NCBI GenBank assembly: GCA_963793265.1
Contig: CAWBZI010000006.1
Coordinates: forward strand, 256,001-320,000
From: an uncultured cyanobacterium
GTDB lineage: Bacteria > Cyanobacteriota > Cyanobacteriia > Phormidesmidales > Phormidesmidaceae
Reading direction: 5' to 3'
DNA: 64,000 bases
Every line of letters begins with the position of its first letter. Within the stretch, counting starts at the first letter, position 1. Position numbers and translations under genes: made by a program. The notes beneath the pieces are model-generated. The model was not told where the DNA came from and did not search any database. It saw only the letters and a list, made by a program, of their open reading frames with translations. Positions 9,365-19,237 of the stretch are shown here, one piece after another.

Positions 9365-10807
9365 TTAAGCGGCAGTTGCTTTAGCCTGTGGCAGGACAGG
9401 CAAATGAGTCAACGCCTGATCGACAAAGCCTTTGAGTGCTGAGGTTTGCTTGGCGGCTTTGAAGAAAGCTTGGAGGCGATCGCCCATTTCACTAAAGGCA
9501 AACTGTCGCTGCTCAGGCGCAAGCAAACTCTGTTCTGCAAAGAAGTCAATTAGGCTAATGCCCACCATACGAGTAAGATAAGCCGCGCTCACACCCTGCA
9601 AAGCGCCCCCGGCCACATAGGTCGCCGCGTGAGTTTTGAGCAAGCTGCCCAATGCCTGCGTAGAGAGTTCAACAAGACCGAGCTTTACAAGTAGCTCAGC
9701 TAGGGTACCTGCCGCCGTTTTGGCCTGATCTAAAGAGAACTTTTGGCCGTATACCGCGCCCAAGTCCACGATCATTTGCGCATTAATAGCAGTAGAAGCG
9801 AGTAGATCTAGGCTAGGTAGAGGGCTCGCAAACGCACTGCCTGCTGCGATCCACTGCATTTGTTCTACAAGCGGCATTGCCTTCTGTCGGCGCTGAGCGT
9901 TCAACAACTGCTGAGTCTCTAACAACAAGGCTTTGGCCTGGCGAAGCGTGGTAGTCATTACAAGCTGCTGCACTTCGTTTTCGACTAAATGATTTAGCCG
10001 CTCAGTCAATGACGCAAGCTGTGGTGCAGGCTGTTCGGTAAATTCTTCTATCTCGCCATTTTCTTGATGGCGGCGGACTTTGATTGAATTGGGTTTGGCA
10101 GCGATCGCACTCACCCCAATCCCCAAATCTTCCACGCGCGTTTGAATGCGAGCCACCACCGACTGACGATCCAAAGGCGCAAGCTGATCTTGCTTGTTAA
10201 AGACTAGCTGAGTTCTATAGCCCGCTTTTAGCAAATCATGAATGCGCTGTAGCTCAGACTGTGTAAGATCGGCAGAAGTAACAAAAAGAACAAGATCGCT
10301 ATCCGTAGGCGGTAAAGTCTCTTCACCTGCCACTTCTACAATAGAAGTCACGACGGGCTGATCGGACTGTCGCTTTTCGTTCAGTTGCGAGACTAAAGCC
10401 GTTTTGCCGGTAGATTTGTTACCGACCACAGCGAAATTCAGCGATTCTCTGTCAAGATTTGTAAGGAGAGATGCGATCGCTTCCTTTTGCTCCTTTATTT
10501 GCGACCAAATCGGTGCGTCGGCCTTAGTATCCTCCGGCAGCTCCGCCTTTAGCATCTCTAAGCAGCTTTCTATTTTTGTAATAACCGCTTCAACAGCGGA
10601 TTTATCGACCGGGCCTAGCGCCTGCGGAGCTTCAAATTTGATAGTAGAGGGATTGCGTTGCTTGAGCCACCATAGGCCGGAGCCGAGAGCGATCGCGCCC
10701 AGCATCGTAGAGCCGTCTGCCAAGGGAGCATGTCCCACAATGTTCATCAGCCCTAAACTGGCTGATAGACCTAAACCACCGACTAAAATAGGACGCTTCA
10801 GTTGCAT
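9365..10807 (-). CDS. DUF697 domain protein with degenerate GTPase domain
   Basis: GNKSTGKT and NKQD present, no DTPG; SPLPSLDLLA DUF697 motif; N-terminal TM segments. Confidence 0.7.
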   Translation of the reverse strand: MQLKRPILVGGLGLSASLGLMNIVGHAPLADGSTMLGAIALGSGLWWLKQRNPSTIKFEAPQALGPVDKSAVEAVITKIESCLEMLKAELPEDTKADAPIWSQIKEQKEAIASLLTNLDRESLNFAVVGNKSTGKTALVSQLNEKRQSDQPVVTSIVEVAGEETLPPTDSDLVLFVTSADLTQSELQRIHDLLKAGYRTQLVFNKQDQLAPLDRQSVVARIQTRVEDLGIGVSAIAAKPNSIKVRRHQENGEIEEFTEQPAPQLASLTERLNHLVENEVQQLVMTTTLRQAKALLLETQQLLNAQRRQKAMPLVEQMQWIAAGSAFASPLPSLDLLASTAINAQMIVDLGAVYGQKFSLDQAKTAAGTLAELLVKLGLVELSTQALGSLLKTHAATYVAGGALQGVSAAYLTRMVGISLIDFFAEQSLLAPEQRQFAFSEMGDRLQAFFKAAKQTSALKGFVDQALTHLPVLPQAKATAA

Positions 10808-11000
10808 GAATTGATTACCGCGATCTGCTGCTTTTATTGTATAGAGTCTGGCGGAATGTAGGAAGTAGTGAGAACCGGGCTATGGCTTCAACGAAGTCAG
10901 CATATCGGGTACGGTGCAGATTTGAAAGCTGACTAGCGGCTGCGTTACGCAGTTCGATATCGCGGTAACCTTTAGCCAAAATTTACAAAAAACCTTTCTT

Positions 11001-12335
11001 ATGGCACTACCTAACTTTGTTCAAGGCTCCCGACTGCAAAGTCTCGTCAACTGGCTAGCGCGTCCTTACGACTTTTTAGATAAGTGCGCTGCTACCTATG
11101 GCGATATTTTTACTGTCCACTTTTCAGGCTTTCAACCGCTGGTGATGCTGAGTAATCCGCAGGCAGTTAAGGATGTTTTTGCACTGGATACGAAAGATTT
11201 TGATGCTGGCAGAGGTAACAATATACTGTTGCCTTTGTTAGGCAATAATTCTTTGCTTTTGTTGGATGGCGATCGCCACAGGCGCGAGAGAAAGCTGCTG
11301 ATGCCGCCGTTTCATGGGGCAAAGGTGAAGGCTTACGGTGAAACCATTTGCCAGATTGCCGAAGAGATTTGCCAGCAGTGGCAGCCGCAGCAGACTATCG
11401 TAGCGGGTGAGGTGATGCCAGAAATTACGTTGGAGGTGATTCTTCAGACTGTTTTTGGCTTGAGGGAGGGCGATCGCTACGAACAGCTCAAAACGCTATT
11501 AATCAGCCTTCTAGATTTAACCGGCTCACCGCTGAGTTCTAGTCTGATCTTTTTCAAATGGCTGCAACAAGACTGGGGAAGCTGGAGCCCTTGGGGAAAA
11601 GTCGTGCGACAAAAGCAGCAGATATACGATTTGTTGCAAGCAGAGATTGACGAGCGACGAGAACAACAGAATTTTGCGGGCGATGATGTGCTAAGCCTGA
11701 TGCTATTGGCACGTGATGAAGACGGTGAGCCGATGGCGGATATGGAGCTTAAGGATGAGCTGATGACAATGCTGGTAGCTGGGCACGAAACGACTGCTGG
11801 GGTGCTGAGCTGGACGCTGTATTGGGTGCATAAACTGCCGGATGTGAAAGCTAAGCTGATGGCGGAGTTAGAGGCTTTGCCAAAAGGGGCGGATGCAATG
11901 GCGATCACATCCCTTCCATACCTCACCGCAGTCGCCTCAGAATCCCTACGGATGTATCCAATCGCACCTATTACCTCACCGAGAATATTGAACAACACCG
12001 TTACCATCAACGGCCAAACTTTCGAGCCCAATACCTTGATTGCTCCCTGCATTTATTCCATTCATCACCGCGAAGACCTTTATCCTGACTCTAAAGAATT
12101 CAGGCCCGAAAGATTTTTAGAGCGACAGTTTTCACCCTCAGAGTTTCTTCCCTTCGGTGGCGGCAATCGGCGCTGTATCGGATATGCACTCGCTAAGTTA
12201 GAGATTAATTTGGTGCTGGCAACAATCCTGACAAATCACTCTCTAAAGCTGGCAAGTGATGAGGCGGTTAAGCCAAAGCGAAGAGGTGTTGTGATAGCGA
12301 CTAATAACGGTGTGCCTTTAGTAGTCGAGTCCTGA
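11001..12335 (+). CDS. Cytochrome P450 (CYP110-like)
   Basis: AGHETT I-helix, ESLR (ExxR), PERF, FGGGNRRCIG heme-Cys motif. Confidence 0.92.
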   Translation: MALPNFVQGSRLQSLVNWLARPYDFLDKCAATYGDIFTVHFSGFQPLVMLSNPQAVKDVFALDTKDFDAGRGNNILLPLLGNNSLLLLDGDRHRRERKLLMPPFHGAKVKAYGETICQIAEEICQQWQPQQTIVAGEVMPEITLEVILQTVFGLREGDRYEQLKTLLISLLDLTGSPLSSSLIFFKWLQQDWGSWSPWGKVVRQKQQIYDLLQAEIDERREQQNFAGDDVLSLMLLARDEDGEPMADMELKDELMTMLVAGHETTAGVLSWTLYWVHKLPDVKAKLMAELEALPKGADAMAITSLPYLTAVASESLRMYPIAPITSPRILNNTVTINGQTFEPNTLIAPCIYSIHHREDLYPDSKEFRPERFLERQFSPSEFLPFGGGNRRCIGYALAKLEINLVLATILTNHSLKLASDEAVKPKRRGVVIATNNGVPLVVES

Positions 12336-12375
12336 TAGGGTTTAGAGTGATCTTGCGATCGCACAAGGCGTATTC

Positions 12376-13251
12376 ATGAAAACAGACAAAGACAACAAGT
12401 GGCTTAGCTGGTATCAACAGTTTGATAAAAGCCACGGTGGAAAGGCGCGTCAGCAGTGGTATAGCGAAACCACTCAGGCGTATCGATGGGCGCGGCCAAC
12501 CTACCCCAAGTCGCTGGTTGATCGCGCTGTAAGCCAGTCTCATTTGTCACAAAAAAGTTCAATCCTAGAAATGGGCTGTGGCCCTGGAATTGCGACGGCA
12601 GCTTTGGCAGCGAAAGGTTTTCGCGTTCAGGGTGTGGAGCCTAGTACGGCAGCTTGCAAGCTAGCGGCAAAAGCTTGTAGGGAATATGGCGATCGCGTCA
12701 AAATCCATAACAGCACCTTTGAAGACTATCCGCTAAACAACCAACAGTTCGATGCAGTCCTAGCAGCCACCTCCTTTCATTGGATAGCGCCAGATGTAGC
12801 CTGCGAGAAATCAGCAGCGGCGCTCAAACCCAATGGAGCGCTTATTCTACTGTGGGCAACTCCACCGCAGCCGGATGCAGAAATCTACGAGTATTTGCAG
12901 CCAGTATACGAACAGCACGGCTTAGCTGAAATGGGCCATGAGCAGCAGCGTGATCAGGCTTACTACCAGGGAAACTTTGAGCGCTTCGCAGACATTGTTA
13001 GCAGCTCGGGCTACTTTCAGCCCACGCCCGTTGCGGTAGAAGCCCATCACTCTATCTATAGTATTGAAAAGTACTTAGCGCTTCTAAGCACGCTCTCTGG
13101 CTATATTGCTTTAGAGCCGCAGCAGCGAGAAGATCTGCTGGAGAACTTAGGCGATCGCCTCACCGAAAAGCTAGAAACGGGTGCACTCGAAACAACCCAC
13201 TGGTTCGCCCTGCAAGTATCGCCTTTAGCACCTGAGCCTCAAACCATCTAA
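12376..13251 (+). CDS. Class I SAM-dependent methyltransferase
   Basis: LEMGCGPG motif I, AATSFHW. Confidence 0.85.
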   Translation: MKTDKDNKWLSWYQQFDKSHGGKARQQWYSETTQAYRWARPTYPKSLVDRAVSQSHLSQKSSILEMGCGPGIATAALAAKGFRVQGVEPSTAACKLAAKACREYGDRVKIHNSTFEDYPLNNQQFDAVLAATSFHWIAPDVACEKSAAALKPNGALILLWATPPQPDAEIYEYLQPVYEQHGLAEMGHEQQRDQAYYQGNFERFADIVSSSGYFQPTPVAVEAHHSIYSIEKYLALLSTLSGYIALEPQQREDLLENLGDRLTEKLETGALETTHWFALQVSPLAPEPQTI

Positions 13252-13374
13252 GGCTTTGTAAAACAAAGTACTCCTTTGCAAAACATGACAATTAGTTATT
13301 TTCTGATACTGATGCGGCTTTGATATGGCAGCATGATCCATGGAAGTCAGCCCCGTTTGAGACACGTCAGCTAA

Positions 13375-14349
<975 letters not shown>

Positions 14350-14364
14350 GGAACGCCGAAGTGC

Positions 14365-15126
14365 ATGTTTGATTATTCGCTTTGCCAGCGGGTGTCGCCA
14401 ACTAGGGCGTGGACGCTGGTAAGTAGTACGCTGCTCTTTGCGTTTTCTCGGCCTTTAATATTGCTAGCGGTGGTGGTGGTCTTCGCTAGCCTGCCATGGT
14501 TGTTAAACCGATCGCGATGGAAAAAGCCAGTGGCGATCGCAAGCATTACCCTATCTGTCATCTATCTTATCGGCATCTCTCCGCTTATCAGCACGTTAGG
14601 CAATCGACTGCTGGTGAGCTTTGTGCCGCCTGATGATGGCGAGAAGGCAGATGCGATTGTGATATTAGGACGCGGGGAACAACAGAATGAGGTGCGATCG
14701 CGTATTGCCGGAGAGCTATGGCAGGCCAAACGAGCACCCGTCATATTCCCGAGCGGTCGCAAAGATGCGCTTGCAATGCAGCAGATTATCAAAGAAGAGT
14801 TTCCTAAAGCTGTTGTAGAAGGCGAGCCGTGTTCTTTAACCACCGATCAAAATGCAGAATTCACAGCGGCGCTGCTGCGTCCAAAGGGGATAAAGACCAT
14901 TATATTAGTCACCGATCCGCCGCATATGTGGCGATCGCTCCTCACCTTCGAGAGCTTTGGCTTTAAAGTCATTCCTCATTTCAGCCCACTATCAACAGCC
15001 ACCAACCCCGTTAAAGAACGCTTTCTAGTCATTAGAGAAAGTTTGGGCCTGCTGAGCTATGGCCTAATGGGCCGGTACTCATCTCGCGACGTACCACCGC
15101 CATCTGTTATCTACGAAGACGAGTAG
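14365..15126 (+). CDS. YdcF/DUF218 family protein
   Basis: DAIVILG, SLTTDQNA, LVTDPPHMWR motifs; N-terminal TMs. Confidence 0.8.
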   Translation: MFDYSLCQRVSPTRAWTLVSSTLLFAFSRPLILLAVVVVFASLPWLLNRSRWKKPVAIASITLSVIYLIGISPLISTLGNRLLVSFVPPDDGEKADAIVILGRGEQQNEVRSRIAGELWQAKRAPVIFPSGRKDALAMQQIIKEEFPKAVVEGEPCSLTTDQNAEFTAALLRPKGIKTIILVTDPPHMWRSLLTFESFGFKVIPHFSPLSTATNPVKERFLVIRESLGLLSYGLMGRYSSRDVPPPSVIYEDE

Positions 15127-15223
15127 CATTTCTTGAGAAAATTGCCAGAGTAACTATTTATACATCGGTCAAACCATCTTCTTAAATCGGGAACCGTAGC
15201 TTGATGTCTATAGCTGACGAACC

Positions 15224-15811
15224 ATGCAGGCTGCTGAACCCATTGCTTTTAATAACGAGCTAACCAGTTCGCTAGAAAAACTCATCATTAATAATCCCGA
15301 CTTAGACGCATTGGAATCAATGCTCACCGACTTCTTGAAAGAAATGGTGAGAGAAAGTAAGTCAGCAGGCATTGTTCTCGATGAAAGTAACAAATTTTTC
15401 ATTCGCTGTGCGCCTGAGAGCTGGGATCAGCTTCCTTTTCAAAAAACTTGCGATCGCTGGACAAAAAGTAAGCGCATTGTCTTATTTGAATTCTTCAACT
15501 TCTCAGACCGGCTTGAGTTTAAGCTGACACTTGGGCCAGGAGAGAAAGCCAACAAACAGGTTGTTTTTGATGCGATAAAAGCATTAAAAAAATCAGACTC
15601 TCTCAGTAGCAGATCTAATAACAGTAAATTCATCAACAGCACTTTAAAGGCAGATGGATTTAGCCCTATTATTCAGCATGAGGTTCTTGCTCACTTAGAC
15701 TATTTAGAAGAAGATTGGGATGGTATACAGCAAAAAATTAAAAGGTTTTGGGATGAAATGCTCTCTGGTGAAATGAGGAGGATTCAGCAGGCCGTGCTTG
15801 GAGTTGAGTAA
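15224..15811 (+). CDS. Hypothetical protein, possibly an internally deleted PD-(D/E)XK nuclease-family remnant
   Basis: AT-rich 195-aa ORF; N-terminal LEKLIINNPDLDALESML and C-terminal LFEFFN..RLEFKLTLGPG resemble the two ends of such proteins (from memory). Confidence 0.45.
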   Translation: MQAAEPIAFNNELTSSLEKLIINNPDLDALESMLTDFLKEMVRESKSAGIVLDESNKFFIRCAPESWDQLPFQKTCDRWTKSKRIVLFEFFNFSDRLEFKLTLGPGEKANKQVVFDAIKALKKSDSLSSRSNNSKFINSTLKADGFSPIIQHEVLAHLDYLEEDWDGIQQKIKRFWDEMLSGEMRRIQQAVLGVE

Positions 15812-15823
15812 CATATAAGTTAC
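15808..15823. promoter_or_regulatory. Candidate TA autoregulatory operator GTAAC-N6-GTTAC
   Basis: Perfect 5-bp inverted repeat 10 bp upstream of the toxin start codon. Confidence 0.5.
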
Positions 15824-15833
15824 CGTTATAGAT

Positions 15834-16166
15834 ATGAGGACAGTAGAATACGTAAAACAGGATGGCACCAACCCTTTTCAGCAATGGCTTAATAAGCTAG
15901 ATAGGACAGTCATTGCCAAAGTTCAAGTTGCCAGGGCGCGTTTAGAATCCGGCAATACATCGAATATTAAATGGTTTAGCGGAATTGGTGAGTATCGAAT
16001 CAACTGGGGGCCAGGTTACAGACTGTATTTAGCTCAAGATGGCGACGAGCTTATTGTTTTATTTGGCGGAGGTACAAAGAAAACCCAAAAATCAGATATT
16101 CAAAAAGCTATAAAGCTGAGACAGGAATACAAAGCTCGTAAAAGGAAGGGAAATGAAAATGAGTGA
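15834..16166 (+). CDS. Type II TA toxin, RelE/ParE superfamily (addiction module killer, HI1419-like)
   Basis: PFQQWL..L, GN....KW..GIGEYRI.WGPGYRLY, LFGGGTK..Q..DI. Confidence 0.88.
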   Translation: MRTVEYVKQDGTNPFQQWLNKLDRTVIAKVQVARARLESGNTSNIKWFSGIGEYRINWGPGYRLYLAQDGDELIVLFGGGTKKTQKSDIQKAIKLRQEYKARKRKGNENE

Positions 16167-16572
16167 CCGATTGCAAAAACATGATTCGACTACGTATGAT
16201 ATCAACGGCCTACCATTGACAACTGATGGACGTGAAGTATTTGCTCAGCAAGTTCAGGGCGACCCTGAGCTAGCTATTCTTTTGATGAGCGAAGCCATTA
16301 GCCTTTGTATAAATGGTGAACCTGATGTGGCTAGAATTATGCTAAGGGATCTGGTGAATGCAACTATTGGCTTTGAAGAACTTGCGCAGAGAACTGGAAA
16401 GCCTAGCAAAAGCCTTCATCGTATGCTATCAGCTAGAGGCAACCCAACTATGGATAATTTGATAGCGATTATCGGTGTGCTTCGTATTCATCTAAAAGTG
16501 GAAGAATTCAGCGTTACGCCTACTGCCTCTGAAGCTATCTGTGAGCCTGCGAGCGCCTCTCCTGCGAGATAA
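16153..16572 (+). CDS. Type II TA antitoxin, HTH (HI1420-like)
   Basis: LRDLVNATIGFEELA..TG.PSKSLHRMLSARGNP motif; overlaps the toxin gene. Confidence 0.85.
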   Translation: MKMSDRLQKHDSTTYDINGLPLTTDGREVFAQQVQGDPELAILLMSEAISLCINGEPDVARIMLRDLVNATIGFEELAQRTGKPSKSLHRMLSARGNPTMDNLIAIIGVLRIHLKVEEFSVTPTASEAICEPASASPAR

Positions 16573-16611
16573 GATACTGCCATGTAGAAAATTGAAAAAG
16601 GAAATTAGGGC

Positions 16612-16914
16612 ATGATTCTCGAAGTCGCAGTTCTAGACGTTAGGCCCAAGCAAAGCAAAGACTTTGAGACAGCATTTTCCCAAGCCCAAGCTATCATTTC
16701 TTCGATGCCAGGCTACGTTAGCCATGAGCTGAACCGCTGCATAGAAAACCGCGATCGCTACATTCTTTTAGTCCGCTGGCAAACACTTCAAGATCATACT
16801 AAAGGGTTCCGAGGCTCTACTAAATATCAGCAATGGAAGAAATTGTTGCATCACTACTACAACCCGTTTCCGAACGTTGAACACTATGAGAACGTATACG
16901 AAGGTAAGCGATGA
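16612..16914 (+). CDS. Antibiotic biosynthesis monooxygenase (ABM) family protein
   Basis: MILEVAVL.V..., PGY..HEL.RC.E, W.T..DH..GFRGS..YQ.W. Confidence 0.88.
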   Translation: MILEVAVLDVRPKQSKDFETAFSQAQAIISSMPGYVSHELNRCIENRDRYILLVRWQTLQDHTKGFRGSTKYQQWKKLLHHYYNPFPNVEHYENVYEGKR

Positions 16915-16936
16915 ATCTAATGAATGCGACTTCTAG

Positions 16937-17599
16937 CTACAGCAAACCCCGATAGCGAATAAACAACAACAGCGCCGCCCACGATCCAAGCGCAACCTTT
17001 ATCGCCACTAAAATATTAAGCAGTGGAATCCAGCCGCCGCTCGTCAGCGTGCCAAGGTTGCCATAGGGCAGCTCTAGCCCAATTAAAATCAGCGCGGCTA
17101 GCACGATAAAAATTAAAACCGAGATTTTTTCTAAAGTAGCCGCGTGCCAGCGCTTATATAGCGCTTCCATACTCGGCAAAGACGTGGTGATCGCCACTAG
17201 GCCAATAGCTGTACCGCCTGCAACGCCCGCAGCAAAACCACCGCCGGGGCTGAGATGACCGCGAATAGCTAGCTCTATGCTGACTAAGGCTGTGATAGTT
17301 GCGCCGATTTGCGCTAAGACAACAGAAGGGTGATCGCTGAATGAGTGGAGCGTGGTGGTGGGCTGTTCATCAGAGAGCAAAAAGCGAACCCCCATTATCG
17401 CAATTGAAAATACAACAACTTCAAAAAGCGTGTCGTACAGGCGGTTTCTAAAGATAATGCCAGAAACCGCGTTCGGAACGCCTGTGTCTTGCACAACCAT
17501 TTGAACGATTGATAGGTCGAAAGCGTCTGGTGCAAAGTTTGGAAACACCAGCATTTTGATGAACAGCGCCACGCCAGCGGCTATGTAGATCCACTTCAT
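16937..17599 (-). CDS. mnhB: Mrp/Mnh Na+/H+ antiporter subunit B
   Basis: PNAVSGIIFRNRLYDTLFEV and GHLSPGGGF motifs. Confidence 0.85.
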   Translation of the reverse strand: MKWIYIAAGVALFIKMLVFPNFAPDAFDLSIVQMVVQDTGVPNAVSGIIFRNRLYDTLFEVVVFSIAIMGVRFLLSDEQPTTTLHSFSDHPSVVLAQIGATITALVSIELAIRGHLSPGGGFAAGVAGGTAIGLVAITTSLPSMEALYKRWHAATLEKISVLIFIVLAALILIGLELPYGNLGTLTSGGWIPLLNILVAIKVALGSWAALLLFIRYRGLL

Positions 17600-18162
17600 G
17601 TCGGAACCTCCTTAGAAAGATCTGTTGGGGGGTTAGGCCGAGGATGAGAAGAAGGTAGCTGGATGTAGCCAACAGTTGCCAGATCTGGCGGTAGTCCTGA
17701 TTGCAAAATTCGGTAGAGGTGGTTGACTCGGGTGTCTATCAGGAAGGGGTGCGATCGCAAACAAATGGTATGCACATCCCGGCTCATAAGCGCCGCCTTT
17801 AGTTCTTCAGATGACGCATAGGAAAGCACTTCAAGCCGAAGATGGTGAGGGGCGATCGCAAGCTGAACAGGCGAGAGCAGCGTTTCGTCAAACACGGCAC
17901 ACTCACTTTTGATCACCCCTAGTTTCATCGTCATAGACGAGCGCACCGTAATCGAATACAGCGTAATCGAAAGCATCGTGCCCACTAAGGCTTCGGTTAG
18001 GGCAATATCGGCCGCGCCAAAGAGCGTGTAAGTGAGGGCAGCGATCGCCCCCAAAACGCCGCGAATCACCATCGCTCTATAAGGATTCGTTTGCAGCACC
18101 ACCAAACCCGCCGAGAGTGGCAGCAGTGCGACCAAAGACAATACCAACAAGTTTTCAGGCAT
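17596..18162 (-). CDS. Mrp subunit, DUF4040 domain (MrpA C-terminal-like)
   Basis: GAADIALTEALVG motif; operon context. Confidence 0.8.
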   Translation of the reverse strand: MPENLLVLSLVALLPLSAGLVVLQTNPYRAMVIRGVLGAIAALTYTLFGAADIALTEALVGTMLSITLYSITVRSSMTMKLGVIKSECAVFDETLLSPVQLAIAPHHLRLEVLSYASSEELKAALMSRDVHTICLRSHPFLIDTRVNHLYRILQSGLPPDLATVGYIQLPSSHPRPNPPTDLSKEVPT

Positions 18163-18490
18163 TTTGCTCTCCAGAATTATTGTGAGCGTTACTGTGGAAG
18201 CTGTCGTAGTAGCAGTAGGCTAAAACATAGCTCAACACCGTATTCCACATCGCCAAAGAAAATAGCGCCAGCACCAGCAGCGGCCACTCTCTTGGAATTT
18301 CAACCAGCAGACCGGCAATAATGCTCATAGAGCCGAGCGTATCGGAAACAGAGAGGCTATGTAGCTTAAATAAAACAGAGCGGCGCTTGCCAACAGCCGC
18401 AATATCGAGCAAAGGCGCTGAGCCCCAGAGCCAAAATACGGCCCCCACTGCAAAACAAAACGTGCTGACGACTGTTCTTAAAATATCCAT
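18155..18490 (-). CDS. mnhG: Mrp/Mnh antiporter subunit G
   Basis: KLHSLSVSDTLG motif, 3 TMs. Confidence 0.8.
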   Translation of the reverse strand: MDILRTVVSTFCFAVGAVFWLWGSAPLLDIAAVGKRRSVLFKLHSLSVSDTLGSMSIIAGLLVEIPREWPLLVLALFSLAMWNTVLSYVLAYCYYDSFHSNAHNNSGEQNA

Positions 18491-18494
18491 TGTC

Positions 18495-18824
18495 TTAAAC
18501 CTCCCGCTCTGAATTAAGCCTTTGCAAATTGAGTCTTCTCAAGATATGAGCGAGCAGCATCAGCGACGCATTGCCCACGCTCAAAATCAGCACGCCCACC
18601 AAACCAACCATCCAGTCATCTCGCCAAACAGAAATTACCAAAATGATTACGGACGTTTTGGTGGAGATACTGGTAAAAGACAGTAGTTTCGACCAAACCC
18701 CCTCTAGCGGAGCCCGAACTAATAATGTGCTACCCACACGTCTTTGGGGCCTACACGCCTCTTGAAAAAGGCTATAGATAGGCATCATCAGCGCGATGGA
18801 CATTGCAATCAATAGCCAAATCAT
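18495..18824 (-). CDS. Mrp/Mnh antiporter subunit F-like
   Basis: Small 3-TM protein between mnhE and mnhG. Confidence 0.6.
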   Translation of the reverse strand: MIWLLIAMSIALMMPIYSLFQEACRPQRRVGSTLLVRAPLEGVWSKLLSFTSISTKTSVIILVISVWRDDWMVGLVGVLILSVGNASLMLLAHILRRLNLQRLNSEREV

Positions 18825-19237
18825 GGTTTTCTCCTGGGGCCAACGCTATGAACAATATATTCACCGCAGCCTGTACCATCGGTTGAATAGTCTACGACAA
18901 TTGTTTTAGGCGTAAAAGTAATTAAAAAGATGTCTAAAAAGATTAGTCCCCGCGTTTGCCGGTGTGGAATTCGCTCGATTACAATGTCTTCTTCGGTGTG
19001 GGGGTCTAGCATCATTTCAATCGCTTCTATATAGGCTCTGGGAATGGCGATCGCAATCTTCCAGAGCATATTTGCCCATTCTTTCCATAGCGGCACAGAT
19101 GCTTTATCAGTAAGGCGATCGCTCAACTGAGGCAATAGCAAGGCGATCACAACGCCAATCGTTATATTCGCCCAACTGGTATCTGCGGTTAGCAAAAACC
19201 AGAGCGTGAGCTTAAAGGCAATATCAAAGACTCTCAT
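18821..19237 (-). CDS. mnhE: Mrp/Mnh antiporter subunit E
   Basis: LITFTPKT motif; ATG at 19237 overlaps the upstream stop (ATGA). Confidence 0.8.
   Translation of the reverse strand: MRVFDIAFKLTLWFLLTADTSWANITIGVVIALLLPQLSDRLTDKASVPLWKEWANMLWKIAIAIPRAYIEAIEMMLDPHTEEDIVIERIPHRQTRGLIFLDIFLITFTPKTIVVDYSTDGTGCGEYIVHSVGPRRKP

Noticed and set aside
11477..12052. 191-aa antisense ORF inside the P450 gene (and similar shadow ORFs in bicA, clpB, MBOAT and the guanylyltransferase)
   Set aside because: Fully overlap well-supported genes on the opposite strand or frame and have no recognisable motifs
11001..13251. P450 plus methyltransferase as a biosynthetic gene cluster
   Set aside because: No scaffold-forming enzyme or precursor peptide nearby; both families are commonly scattered in cyanobacterial genomes
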